Source: Ktedonobacteraceae bacterium
GTDB taxonomy: Bacteria; Chloroflexota; Ktedonobacteria; Ktedonobacterales; Ktedonobacteraceae
Length of the DNA stretch: 64,000 bases
Assembly: GCA_039923935.1 (NCBI GenBank)
Contig: JBDTBU010000195.1
Span: 1,843-65,842 of the forward strand
Reading direction: 5' to 3'
Shown here: one piece after another, positions 56,463-64,000 of the stretch
Position numbering within the stretch: position 1 is the first letter of the stretch
Layout of the letters: every line of letters begins with the position of its first letter
Position numbers and translations under genes: made by a program
Notes under the pieces: model-generated
Database searches by the model: none
What the model saw: only the letters and a program-made list of their open reading frames with translations
What the model was told of the DNA's origin: nothing

Positions 56463-56716
56463 GAATCGTTTCCTTTTCTAGCAAGGGAAGGCTGGAAGGC
56501 CTCCTTACTGCTCATGCTCGTTTACAGGTAACTCAGCACTATTTTGGAACAAAGATCGGCCTTCAACATATCTGACAAAAACACTCGCCGAAAAATGTTC
56601 TATCCTCTAGGCATAAAGGGCAGGATGTCAGAACGATAGACCAAGCAGATGACATGGTGATACTGCTCAGCAGGCAAGATGGTTTTCCATCTCACGAACG
56701 TTTTGACCCTAATAAA

Positions 56717-56767
56717 TTAGCTATTTCACTATGAATAGCTAACAAAAATAAGAATTATTAGCTATTC
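56717..56767. promoter_or_regulatory. Three copies of TTAGCTATT(T/C) (two direct, one inverted) in a divergent AT-rich intergenic region; candidate operator set
   Basis: TTAGCTATTT at 56717-56726, GAATAGCTAA at 56733-56742 (inverted), TTAGCTATTC at 56758-56767. Confidence 0.5.
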
Positions 56768-57064
56768 ATTTGCTTATGCCTAACAATAATAGTTATACTA
56801 GATAGAGACGCGGCTTGTCAAGCTTTTTCCCAGCCAATTGGCTGAGCAGTAAAAATCGATGAGAAAGCCTTCTCTGGATTGTCTGTATTTTATGTATGTA
56901 ACATACAGAGTAAAATACTCTCGTTCTTACCGTTTTAATCACTCTCCCATAAAAATATTGTGAAGCAAAAAAAAACATGGTAAAATAGACACAATCGCAG
57001 CAATACGAGGGACACATCCGTCGTCTTACGAAGAACATCCGTCACACTGGGACGATAGGTCGTC

Positions 57065-58054
57065 GTGACACCAACGAACAACAGGGAGAAGCATACGCAT
57101 ATGCGCAACGATCAGCATTACCATCAGCCGCACTGGCAAAAGCTGCTGCCTGAGTTTGCTCCGTTACCGCATTCCTTCGTAGAATATCTCTTTACCCATC
57201 CTGAGCGGTTCGACCTTTCAGCGTTTTCTTACGACCCTGACGCCTCCCTCTTTGATCGCGTTTGGGCCAATATCCAGATGATGCGAGGGAATGTGTTTGG
57301 CTATGTCCTCTCCGTCGTGCTTGCAGAACGCTCTGGTGCATTGGATACTCGGCTTTCGATCAGCTGGTTCCACAAAGCAATGAAAGGATTTGATCCACTG
57401 CACGAGGAATCATCCCGGGCGACATTCACCAACTGGCAAACACGAGGGCTGTTACGTACGCAAGAGTTTGGCGTCCCTGAGCCAAATTCGGCGTCTTCGC
57501 TTTTGATGATGAGATCGCTTTCGTCCCAGCGCCGCTCCTGGCTCCCAAGGAGTATGGATTCTCATGAGCCCTGGTTCTGGGTTTGGGGCAAGGGACCCAC
57601 TGATGAAACGCCGCAGGTGTACCAAATCCCACTTCAGGCTGACCTTCCGCCCCACACGCTGCTTTGGACAAGCTGGGGTGGAGCAGCCTGGCTTCCTGGT
57701 TGGAAAAGCGTGCGCCAAGTTGGAGCGATTGCATGGGCTGGAACGATGCCATTTCGTGGACAAACGTTGTGGCATCTTTCTGCGGAAGAACTGGCAGCCT
57801 GGGATCACGGTTTTGTGGAGAACGCTCAGTTGGGAATACAGCCACACACCGCACTCCCAGGCCTTCATATGGCATACGGAGTGAATAACGAATCGTATAG
57901 GTTGGCACGGTTGAATACGTTGGCCGATGAACTTCTTTCCAGAGTTGGAGAACCACTGTTGTATCAGCATCTCGAACGCTACTACTCTCGGCGCCTTCCT
58001 CCCAATGCACTTGTGCCCTCAGAGCAGAGTTCACTCGATCCCTGCACCAAATAA
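57065..58054 (+). CDS. Hypothetical protein (about 320 aa, Trp-rich)
   Basis: ORF with a GTG start at 57065 or ATG at 57101. No family recognised. Confidence 0.4.
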   Translation: MTPTNNREKHTHMRNDQHYHQPHWQKLLPEFAPLPHSFVEYLFTHPERFDLSAFSYDPDASLFDRVWANIQMMRGNVFGYVLSVVLAERSGALDTRLSISWFHKAMKGFDPLHEESSRATFTNWQTRGLLRTQEFGVPEPNSASSLLMMRSLSSQRRSWLPRSMDSHEPWFWVWGKGPTDETPQVYQIPLQADLPPHTLLWTSWGGAAWLPGWKSVRQVGAIAWAGTMPFRGQTLWHLSAEELAAWDHGFVENAQLGIQPHTALPGLHMAYGVNNESYRLARLNTLADELLSRVGEPLLYQHLERYYSRRLPPNALVPSEQSSLDPCTK

Positions 58055-58169
58055 GGAACGGGGTAGTTTGGTAATCGAGGAGTGCCCAATTAGGAGTGCT
58101 TACGAGGTGCTTTTTCTTGTTTTCCCTTCACTCTTCTGGCTCTATTCCTACTCTCTCCCAAAATACGCA

Positions 58170-58457
58170 ATGAGATTGCGTGGAACTACTAACCTCTCTA
58201 CGTTAAGCTTGCTCAAATTGAACGAGGTTCATTGGGTGAGTACACTACGTCTACAATTTGGTAGAAACCTCCGCCGGCTTCGTAAGCAGAGGAATATAAC
58301 ACAAGAGAGATTAGCAGAAACGGCAAACCTTTCTGTAGAGCAGATTAGCTTTATAGAACGGGGGATATCTGGAGCTTCCTTTGACTCTCTGCCAAGGCTC
58401 GCAGAAGCGCTCAACGTTTCTGTGAAGGATCTTTTTACTTCCGAACAAGAAACGTGA
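58170..58457 (+). CDS. Small XRE-family HTH transcriptional regulator
   Basis: FGRNLRRLRKQRNITQERLAETANLSVEQISFIERGISGASFDSLPRLAEALNVSVKDLF. ATG 58170 was chosen; the longer ORF from 57927 overlaps the previous gene. Confidence 0.75.
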   Translation: MRLRGTTNLSTLSLLKLNEVHWVSTLRLQFGRNLRRLRKQRNITQERLAETANLSVEQISFIERGISGASFDSLPRLAEALNVSVKDLFTSEQET

Positions 58458-58884
58458 TGCGCACCTTCTCACCAGAATCACCTGTCGTTCGAGAGATTTA
58501 TTGCATGGAGCACCGTCTATGAGATGGTGGTGACGAATGAAAAAATCATGCTGGAATGAGACAAAGAAACGTTCACTATCACGCTCGGCTTTACCATTCG
58601 CCACCACCATCTCTTTGTCTAAGATCCTCTTCGGAAACCGACAAAGAACGTGAGCCTGTTCGCGACTCCAAAGATATTTTCCAATATTACTGACTATAGG
58701 TATAATCCATTCGTGCAGAAATGTGTTTTTCTTTTACCTTAGAGGCTCCCCTTCGTTCTAATTGTAGAGTTTAATTTGTGAAAAGAGCATACTCATACTA
58801 CAATGAAAGGGAAGATTGGGAACACTCCGCTTATGCGCTTTTAAGAAAACGAATAAGCGGGTTGTTCACTCAAACGCTACACAT

Positions 58885-59742
58885 ATGGATAAAACACAAA
58901 AAACACACCAGTCCGGCACTCGTCGGCACTATCTTGCGGACACTGAAAGTGCAGCGGAATTGCAACGGCTCGTGCTTCAAGATGCCATGCTCACTGATAT
59001 CTGTACCCCACTGCTGGCACCACGCTTGTCCACAGTGCCATTAAGCATTCTGGATATTGCCTGTGGCCCAGGCATCTGGGCGATGCGAGTCGCGAAAGCG
59101 TACCCCCAATCCCACATTACTGGCACCGACATTAGCCCATGTGTGATCGACTATGCTCGCCTGACTGCAGGTGGGGACGGTATCTCTAATGTGACATTTA
59201 CACAGGCAGATTTTTATCATCTTGATCAGACCTTCCACCAGGAGCAGTTTGATTTTGTTCATGTGCGTCAAGTGCTCTGGCATTTAGGTTTAGGTAAAGA
59301 GGAACTTATTCGGCAATGGGCGACGCTCCTGAAACCAGGAGGGATAATGCGCCTGACGGACTGGGAGGCGTCGATCACCAATTCGCCAAGCTTTAACCTG
59401 CTCACGCACTACCTCAAGCAGGCACTTCATGCATACAAACGCTCGGATAGTGAATACTGCGTAGGAATTGTGTATCAACTGTTTCCGCTGTTACGGCAAG
59501 CAAGCTTCTCGCAGATCGTCGAGCAGCCCCATTATGTGAATTTTAGCGCTGGAACCGATTTTCATGATGTCTATATTCAGGATATTACGCAAGGAGCTAT
59601 TGCACTGGAAAAGTTCATTGTAGGGAGTGGCAAGGTAGATTGCGACACCTACCGAGCGTGTCTGCGAGAATCGATCAAAGAAATCGACTCGCCAGATTTC
59701 CTGGGAGGACATTTTTTCTTATCAGTATGGGGCGTGAAATAA
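58885..59742 (+). CDS. Class I SAM-dependent methyltransferase (small-molecule type)
   Basis: Motif I ILDIACGPGIWAMRVA, post-I TGTDIS, motif II/III FDFVHVRQVLWHL...LKPGGIM. Confidence 0.75.
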   Translation: MDKTQKTHQSGTRRHYLADTESAAELQRLVLQDAMLTDICTPLLAPRLSTVPLSILDIACGPGIWAMRVAKAYPQSHITGTDISPCVIDYARLTAGGDGISNVTFTQADFYHLDQTFHQEQFDFVHVRQVLWHLGLGKEELIRQWATLLKPGGIMRLTDWEASITNSPSFNLLTHYLKQALHAYKRSDSEYCVGIVYQLFPLLRQASFSQIVEQPHYVNFSAGTDFHDVYIQDITQGAIALEKFIVGSGKVDCDTYRACLRESIKEIDSPDFLGGHFFLSVWGVK

Positions 59743-60122
59743 GTCCTGGCTGATAGGAAGTGCGATTTCAACACGAGAGGGCGCAGTTTAACAGAAGTGT
59801 AATATCCTACGCCCTCGGAATCATCAAGACAAAAGCTCTGATGACTTCCCATGTCGATCTTGAAGTTCCCAGGCAGATCGATGGTATTGCCATGCTAACC
59901 GCCGCACAGCGAAACGTGGAGTCCAACACAAAGCCGTATCTGCGGCTGTGATAGCCTCCTAGCTTTGCAAGCAATTGTTTCCGAACCACGCCTTAAAGTG
60001 CCTATAGGGTCCTTGCATGGCAATGAAGGAACAGCATTTTATTACCCTCTACCTATCCCGGTGCTCGCTTTGATACACAAACATGCGAAAGTATGGACAG
60101 GCTCATTTTCAGCAAAACACGG

Positions 60123-60962
60123 TTATTCCTTCTTCGGTTCCAAATTTTCAGCAAGCCATATCAAGATACCTGGTTTCTCCTTCTGGCCAATAATCACTGT
60201 GCGCAAAATCTGCGCATCGCTCTGTGAGACGGACTCTCCGTGTGCCAGCAGGTTGCGCTTCTTGGAAATGCCTTCCCTGTCCATGCGCTGTATGATGGTC
60301 GCAAAATCTGCGATATTACCGTTTGCGGCTTTGACAATCTCCTCACATAGTCGCCAGTCAGCTTTGGCTTTCGCGATATCCTCCTGGTATTTTGGAGCGT
60401 GAGATGGGCGCGGGTCTTCTGCTTGAAGATGATACATCATTATCAGAAAACCAAGCGTCATCTCGCGGCTAAACCCTTTCTGGGCCACATCAGCGTAATA
60501 CTTGTATTTCGGATAGTAATCGTGAATGCGTCGGTTCATCTCTTTCTCCAGCGCTCGACAGTATTGAATCGCAGGAGCCGCCCAGTCTTGTAAGCCTTTG
60601 GCATGTGTGTATTCTTCCCAGACATATTCGCCGCTGAGCAGGTTGTTGCGGGTCTCTTCAGCAAGGTGGCGTTGATGTTTTTTCCAGTAGTCACCAAAGA
60701 TCCAATCCTCGAAATGCGCTTCAATCGCTGTGGTATTGCCGTGGCGCTGCACATATTGCTCGATGGTTCGTCCAACACCCAGAAAAATGTGGCTGCGCAA
60801 CTGTTCAGCCCGTGTTTCATTGCCAGCGTTCTCAGCCTCGTTCAGTCTCTCCTCAGAGCGCGTGCGCAGATCGCCATTTTGTTGCGTTAAGCCACTCAGC
60901 GTATCAACGCGAATGACGAAGGGAGGAAAGGAGATTTCCTTTCGGCTACTTGGTTTTGCCAT
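60123..60962 (-). CDS. Hypothetical protein with C-terminal HEPN-like Rx4H motif
   Basis: ISKKRNLLAHGESVS (R-N-x-x-A-H) sits near the C-terminus of a predicted all-helical protein. ATG 60962. Confidence 0.45.
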   Translation of the reverse strand: MAKPSSRKEISFPPFVIRVDTLSGLTQQNGDLRTRSEERLNEAENAGNETRAEQLRSHIFLGVGRTIEQYVQRHGNTTAIEAHFEDWIFGDYWKKHQRHLAEETRNNLLSGEYVWEEYTHAKGLQDWAAPAIQYCRALEKEMNRRIHDYYPKYKYYADVAQKGFSREMTLGFLIMMYHLQAEDPRPSHAPKYQEDIAKAKADWRLCEEIVKAANGNIADFATIIQRMDREGISKKRNLLAHGESVSQSDAQILRTVIIGQKEKPGILIWLAENLEPKKE

Positions 60963-61134
60963 GGAAACAGTGTATAATACACCCGTAAAGTACGCTCTCC
61001 CACGGGTTCCCAACAACATAGGTCTCCTTTTCTAGCACGAAGAAAAAGAATAGGGCAAGGAGGAGTCAATCTTGATCTCGTAGTGGAAATAGCCCGATTG
61101 CAACTTGCATACGCACAAGATAAAGGCATAGACT

Positions 61135-62283
61135 ATGGAAATAGAAACGAAAAAGCAAAATGGTCATCGTGAACGTCTAAAAGCCCGTTTTGTTAGTGGC
61201 GCAGATAGCTCACATAGTGAAGAAGCTCTGCTGGAGCTGCTTCTGACGTATGCAATTCCTCAAAAGGATGTCCAACCCTTAGCAGAGCGTCTGTTAACGA
61301 ATTTTGGCTGTTTAGAGAGGGTACTTTCTGCCGATCTGTCAGATCTTTCTCGACAGGAGGGAATCAAAGAACATACGGCGATATTGGTAAAACTGATAGA
61401 TTGGATACGTATGCATGTCACTCATAGTAGCGGCACAGATAATGCGCATTTACAGCCAGTAGAGATAGTCACACCTACTCTTTTTCCAGATGCTCTTTTG
61501 ATTGTTGAAAAGAAGCCTCTGCTCAATAGAGGATCATCTGCGCCGCCACGCACAGGATTGTTTGGCAAAGCATTGGTGCAGGAAACGGTTGATATGCTTC
61601 CACTCATTCCCGATACCAGTTCACTGGACGAGGTGCGTGCGTTTCTAAAACAACATTTACCTTTTAGTGGGCAAACCACACGCGAACGCAACGCGCAGTA
61701 TATTACCCGGCGCATGTTTCCCACAGGCGTCGTAGATCGCGGATTGCGACTCTTCGCCAAAACCTATGCAGGCCGCCGAGAACTACGCGAGGTGTGTTTC
61801 TATCGCTTCTGTAAAACTGAACCGCTCATGTATGACCTGATCGAGCAATTAATGCTGCCCGCGCTAGGCGCAGGACAAATACCGCGCAGTTTGTGGCGCG
61901 AGTATCTTAATCAACGTTTTCCTGGTTACTCCAGCACGAAAGATTGTTCACTCGCGTCCATTGAGGCGCTGGTTTCGGGGGGGCTGGCGGCAGCTGATCG
62001 TGAGACACTGCATTTTACCTATCGTGAGCCAACCCTGGCAGCTTTTGTCTTTGTTTTGCATAGCGAGTTTCCTGAGCCAGGGATGTTCAATATTTCCAGA
62101 CTGGAACAGAGCCGTGGTCTGCGTGCAATGCTCTGGCAACCAGAGTCGTTTCTCCCCATGTTGTATGAATTGCGCAATAAGCAGATTATTAGTAAGATTT
62201 CAGAGATTGATGCATTGCGCCAGTTTACCACAATCTATACGCTTGATCAGGTTTGTGAGATCCTTTCGCAAGCAGGGATGTGA
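61135..62283 (+). CDS. Fusion of a RadC-type N-terminal HhH domain with a BrxA(DUF1819)-like C-terminal region (tentative)
   Basis: GHRERLKARFVSGADSSHSEEALLELLLTYAIPQKDVQPLAERLLTNFGCLERVLSADLSDLSRQEGIKEHTAILVKLIDWI matches the RadC N-terminus, but the JAB/MPN domain is absent. The C-terminal 230 aa loosely recall BrxA (TTRERNAQYITRRMF, CFYRFCKTEPLMYDLIEQLM). Confidence 0.45.
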   Translation: MEIETKKQNGHRERLKARFVSGADSSHSEEALLELLLTYAIPQKDVQPLAERLLTNFGCLERVLSADLSDLSRQEGIKEHTAILVKLIDWIRMHVTHSSGTDNAHLQPVEIVTPTLFPDALLIVEKKPLLNRGSSAPPRTGLFGKALVQETVDMLPLIPDTSSLDEVRAFLKQHLPFSGQTTRERNAQYITRRMFPTGVVDRGLRLFAKTYAGRRELREVCFYRFCKTEPLMYDLIEQLMLPALGAGQIPRSLWREYLNQRFPGYSSTKDCSLASIEALVSGGLAAADRETLHFTYREPTLAAFVFVLHSEFPEPGMFNISRLEQSRGLRAMLWQPESFLPMLYELRNKQIISKISEIDALRQFTTIYTLDQVCEILSQAGM

Positions 62284-62819
62284 ACATGACAGATACCGAT
62301 ATTATTGAAAGCCTCTATCACAAATTGGAGGCCACCAGTGGACGCCGGATGTATGGCGTGTTGGGGCACTCCTATCAGGCGCTGACACGCTTTGCAAAGC
62401 AGCTCCAGCGAGTGAATATGCCTGATGGTCACCCTTTTCCTGCGCCACTTTCAGTCACACGCGGCATTCTCGCTGCAATCCCGGACAACGAGTTTCACGA
62501 ACTGGTAAAGGATGAGGCGAGACGCCCTGAGCCAACGCGTGCGCATATCAAGCAGGCTTTCGAGCGTTTCTTACGAGATCGCTTCGCGGCCAGTGAAGGG
62601 CTAGTCGTGCTGGAACATTTAGAACTGCTTTATGCCTATAATATCGATCTGGGTCTGTTCCGTGGTCTGGCTACAGACTCGCACAGCCTTTTCCTGCTTG
62701 TGCCGGGCAAACGGGAAAGCGGCTATACCAGGCTGTTTCCCGCCGACCAAACTGGTCGCACTTATGTCTTGCCGGCACAGCTTATTGTTGAAAATCATCT
62801 TTGGGAGTTACAGGACTAA
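62280..62819 (+). CDS. Small alpha/beta protein resembling BREX accessory proteins (BrxB/DUF1788 or BrxF-like), P-loop degenerate (tentative)
   Basis: The start (GTG 62280 or ATG 62286) overlaps the upstream stop. YGVLGHSYQALTRF sits where a P-loop would be, followed by LVVLEHLELLY and LFLLVPGKRESGYTRLF. Confidence 0.35.
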   Translation: MNMTDTDIIESLYHKLEATSGRRMYGVLGHSYQALTRFAKQLQRVNMPDGHPFPAPLSVTRGILAAIPDNEFHELVKDEARRPEPTRAHIKQAFERFLRDRFAASEGLVVLEHLELLYAYNIDLGLFRGLATDSHSLFLLVPGKRESGYTRLFPADQTGRTYVLPAQLIVENHLWELQD

Positions 62820-62822
62820 CCT

Positions 62823-64000
62823 ATGATAGAGAAGATTCCTGACGCACAACAGACAGCGCTTTTTCAAACCGAGATTCCCAGTATGCCTGATGGCTACTAT
62901 TCCGGCGACCAACCCAACTCTCGCCTGCGGGATTTTGTTGAAGCGCATCTCGCACAACATCCCTACGACCCTGAAGATGATACCTATAATGTCCCAGCCT
63001 TTACCAAACCAATCGAGACAACCAAGGCGACGGCCATTTATAACATGCATACCTACTGGTCGAAGAAGCCGCACGACGCGATCCGCCAGTATATTCACCA
63101 CTATACGCAGCCGGGCGACCTGGTGCTTGATTCTTTCTGTGGTTCTGGTGGCACAGCTTTGGCAGCTTTGATGGAAGGTTGCGCAGCCATCGCGATTGAC
63201 CGTAGCCCGGCGGCCACCTTTATCACGAAAAATTACTGCACACCCGTGGATACGATAGCGTTGCGCCGGGCCTTTGAGGAACTAAAAAAGCAAGTACAAC
63301 CAGAAATTGACTGGCTCTATGCTACACGCTGCGAGCGTTGCGGTGGTCCGGCAACCACTGCCTACACTGTCTACTCTCAGGTGTTTGAATGCCCACGCTG
63401 TCTGAACCGTGTTCCGTTGTTCGATTGTCCAGTGGAAAAGATCCAAGATACGCAGGGCAAGCAAAAGGAGATCACCGTTTGCCCCCATTGCCAGCAGCAA
63501 GGCAATATTGAAGAGATCAGCACGCGTGCCAAGAGATTCGGTGCGGTACCAGTGCTGGTTAACTATCATTGTCGAGGCAAATGCAAGCCCGCCCGCAGTG
63601 AACGGCGTCATAACGATGAAGATGCTAAAAAACGCGAGTATTTTGAAAAGTATGATCTAGCGAAAATTCGCGAGATTGAAGCAAAGGAGATTCCGCACTG
63701 GTATCCTACTCAAAAAATGATGAATGTAGCGGATGATACAAAACCGTGGGGGGTCAAATGGCGGGCAGGTACAAGCAACTTTCGTACGGTTGATGAGCTT
63801 TTTACCAAGAGGAATTTATGGGCTTTAGCAGCAATATTGGAAGAGTGTAAAGCCTCAAAGGCCGCCGACGCTCTGTTATGCGTATTTCAAGGCAATATCC
63901 TTAACGGTACTAAAATGCAGAGATATCGTGAAGGAGGTGGTGGATTTGCGAATGGCACCTATTACCTGCCGCAGCTTTCGCTAGAACGCGAACAGCTTGG
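62823..64000 (+). CDS. DNA methyltransferase, N6/N4 type, with N-terminal motif X/I and Zn-ribbon insertions; 3' end outside the window
   Basis: Open frame from ATG 62823 to the window end with no stop. IYNMHTYWSKKPHDAIRQYIHHYTQPGDLVLDSFCGSGGTALAA (motifs X and I). CERCGG-x16-CPRC and CPHC...HCRGKC cysteine pairs. Motif IV is not reached. Confidence 0.8.
   Translation, partial: MIEKIPDAQQTALFQTEIPSMPDGYYSGDQPNSRLRDFVEAHLAQHPYDPEDDTYNVPAFTKPIETTKATAIYNMHTYWSKKPHDAIRQYIHHYTQPGDLVLDSFCGSGGTALAALMEGCAAIAIDRSPAATFITKNYCTPVDTIALRRAFEELKKQVQPEIDWLYATRCERCGGPATTAYTVYSQVFECPRCLNRVPLFDCPVEKIQDTQGKQKEITVCPHCQQQGNIEEISTRAKRFGAVPVLVNYHCRGKCKPARSERRHNDEDAKKREYFEKYDLAKIREIEAKEIPHWYPTQKMMNVADDTKPWGVKWRAGTSNFRTVDELFTKRNLWALAAILEECKASKAADALLCVFQGNILNGTKMQRYREGGGGFANGTYYLPQLSLEREQL

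Larger units (their letters stand above)
50464..64000. mobile_element. Integrated genomic island at the 3' side of tRNA-Leu (distal boundary not in window)
   Basis: A tyrosine integrase lies about 100 nt from the tRNA 3' end, followed by an excisionase, a second recombinase, and regulatory and defence-type genes. The region looks more AT-rich by eye (not computed). Confidence 0.65.

Noticed and set aside
1-64000. CRISPR arrays, rRNA genes, additional tRNAs
   Set aside because: No regularly spaced short repeats were seen by eye, no rRNA-like conserved stretches, and no further cloverleaf candidates. The reading was not exhaustive, so a tRNAscan/CRISPR-finder run would be needed to confirm.

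Overview
This is a 64-kb bacterial chromosomal window with dense coding on both strands. No rRNA gene or CRISPR array was seen. The taxon cannot be fixed from the sequence. The gene content resembles a large-genome, secondary-metabolite-rich soil bacterium, but that is only an impression. The window splits into five parts. (1) 1-15.2 kb is the end of a non-ribosomal peptide gene cluster. It holds the last NRPS module (A-PCP-reductase), a di-iron oxidase, a type II thioesterase, two ABC exporters, an MbtH-like protein and an ornithine-cyclodeaminase-family enzyme. It also holds a stand-alone LanB-type glutamylation-domain protein that lacks the elimination domain. (2) 15.2-17.4 kb is a decayed zone: a truncated hydrolase, an IS4-like transposase wreck, and an 850-bp non-coding stretch with strong repeats. 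(3) 17.4-50.1 kb is mostly housekeeping and accessory genes. These include a SpeD-like pyruvoyl decarboxylase with agmatinase, an orphan Moco large subunit, an ECF sigma operon ending in a Mo-oxidoreductase, an L,D-transpeptidase, an orphan DNA methyltransferase and a Ppx/CHAD/HD trio. Two structural oddities sit here. One is a 2.0-kb insertion bracketed by 127-bp direct repeats. The other is an IS200/IS605-type tnpB whose 3' end is interrupted by a 655-nt ORF-less group II intron. The intron has a GUGCG 5' end, domain V, and domain VI with a bulged A. Splicing would restore a canonical TnpB C-terminus. (4) tRNA-Leu(CAG) lies at 50380-50463. (5) From the tRNA to the window end is an integrated island. 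It carries two tyrosine recombinases, an excisionase, an HTH-NB-ARC NTPase and a HEPN-motif protein. A truncated BREX-like module follows: a RadC-N/BrxA-like gene, a small BrxB/BrxF-like gene and a Zn-ribbon N6/N4 DNA methyltransferase that runs off the window. All family calls come from motif recognition by eye; no database search was run.
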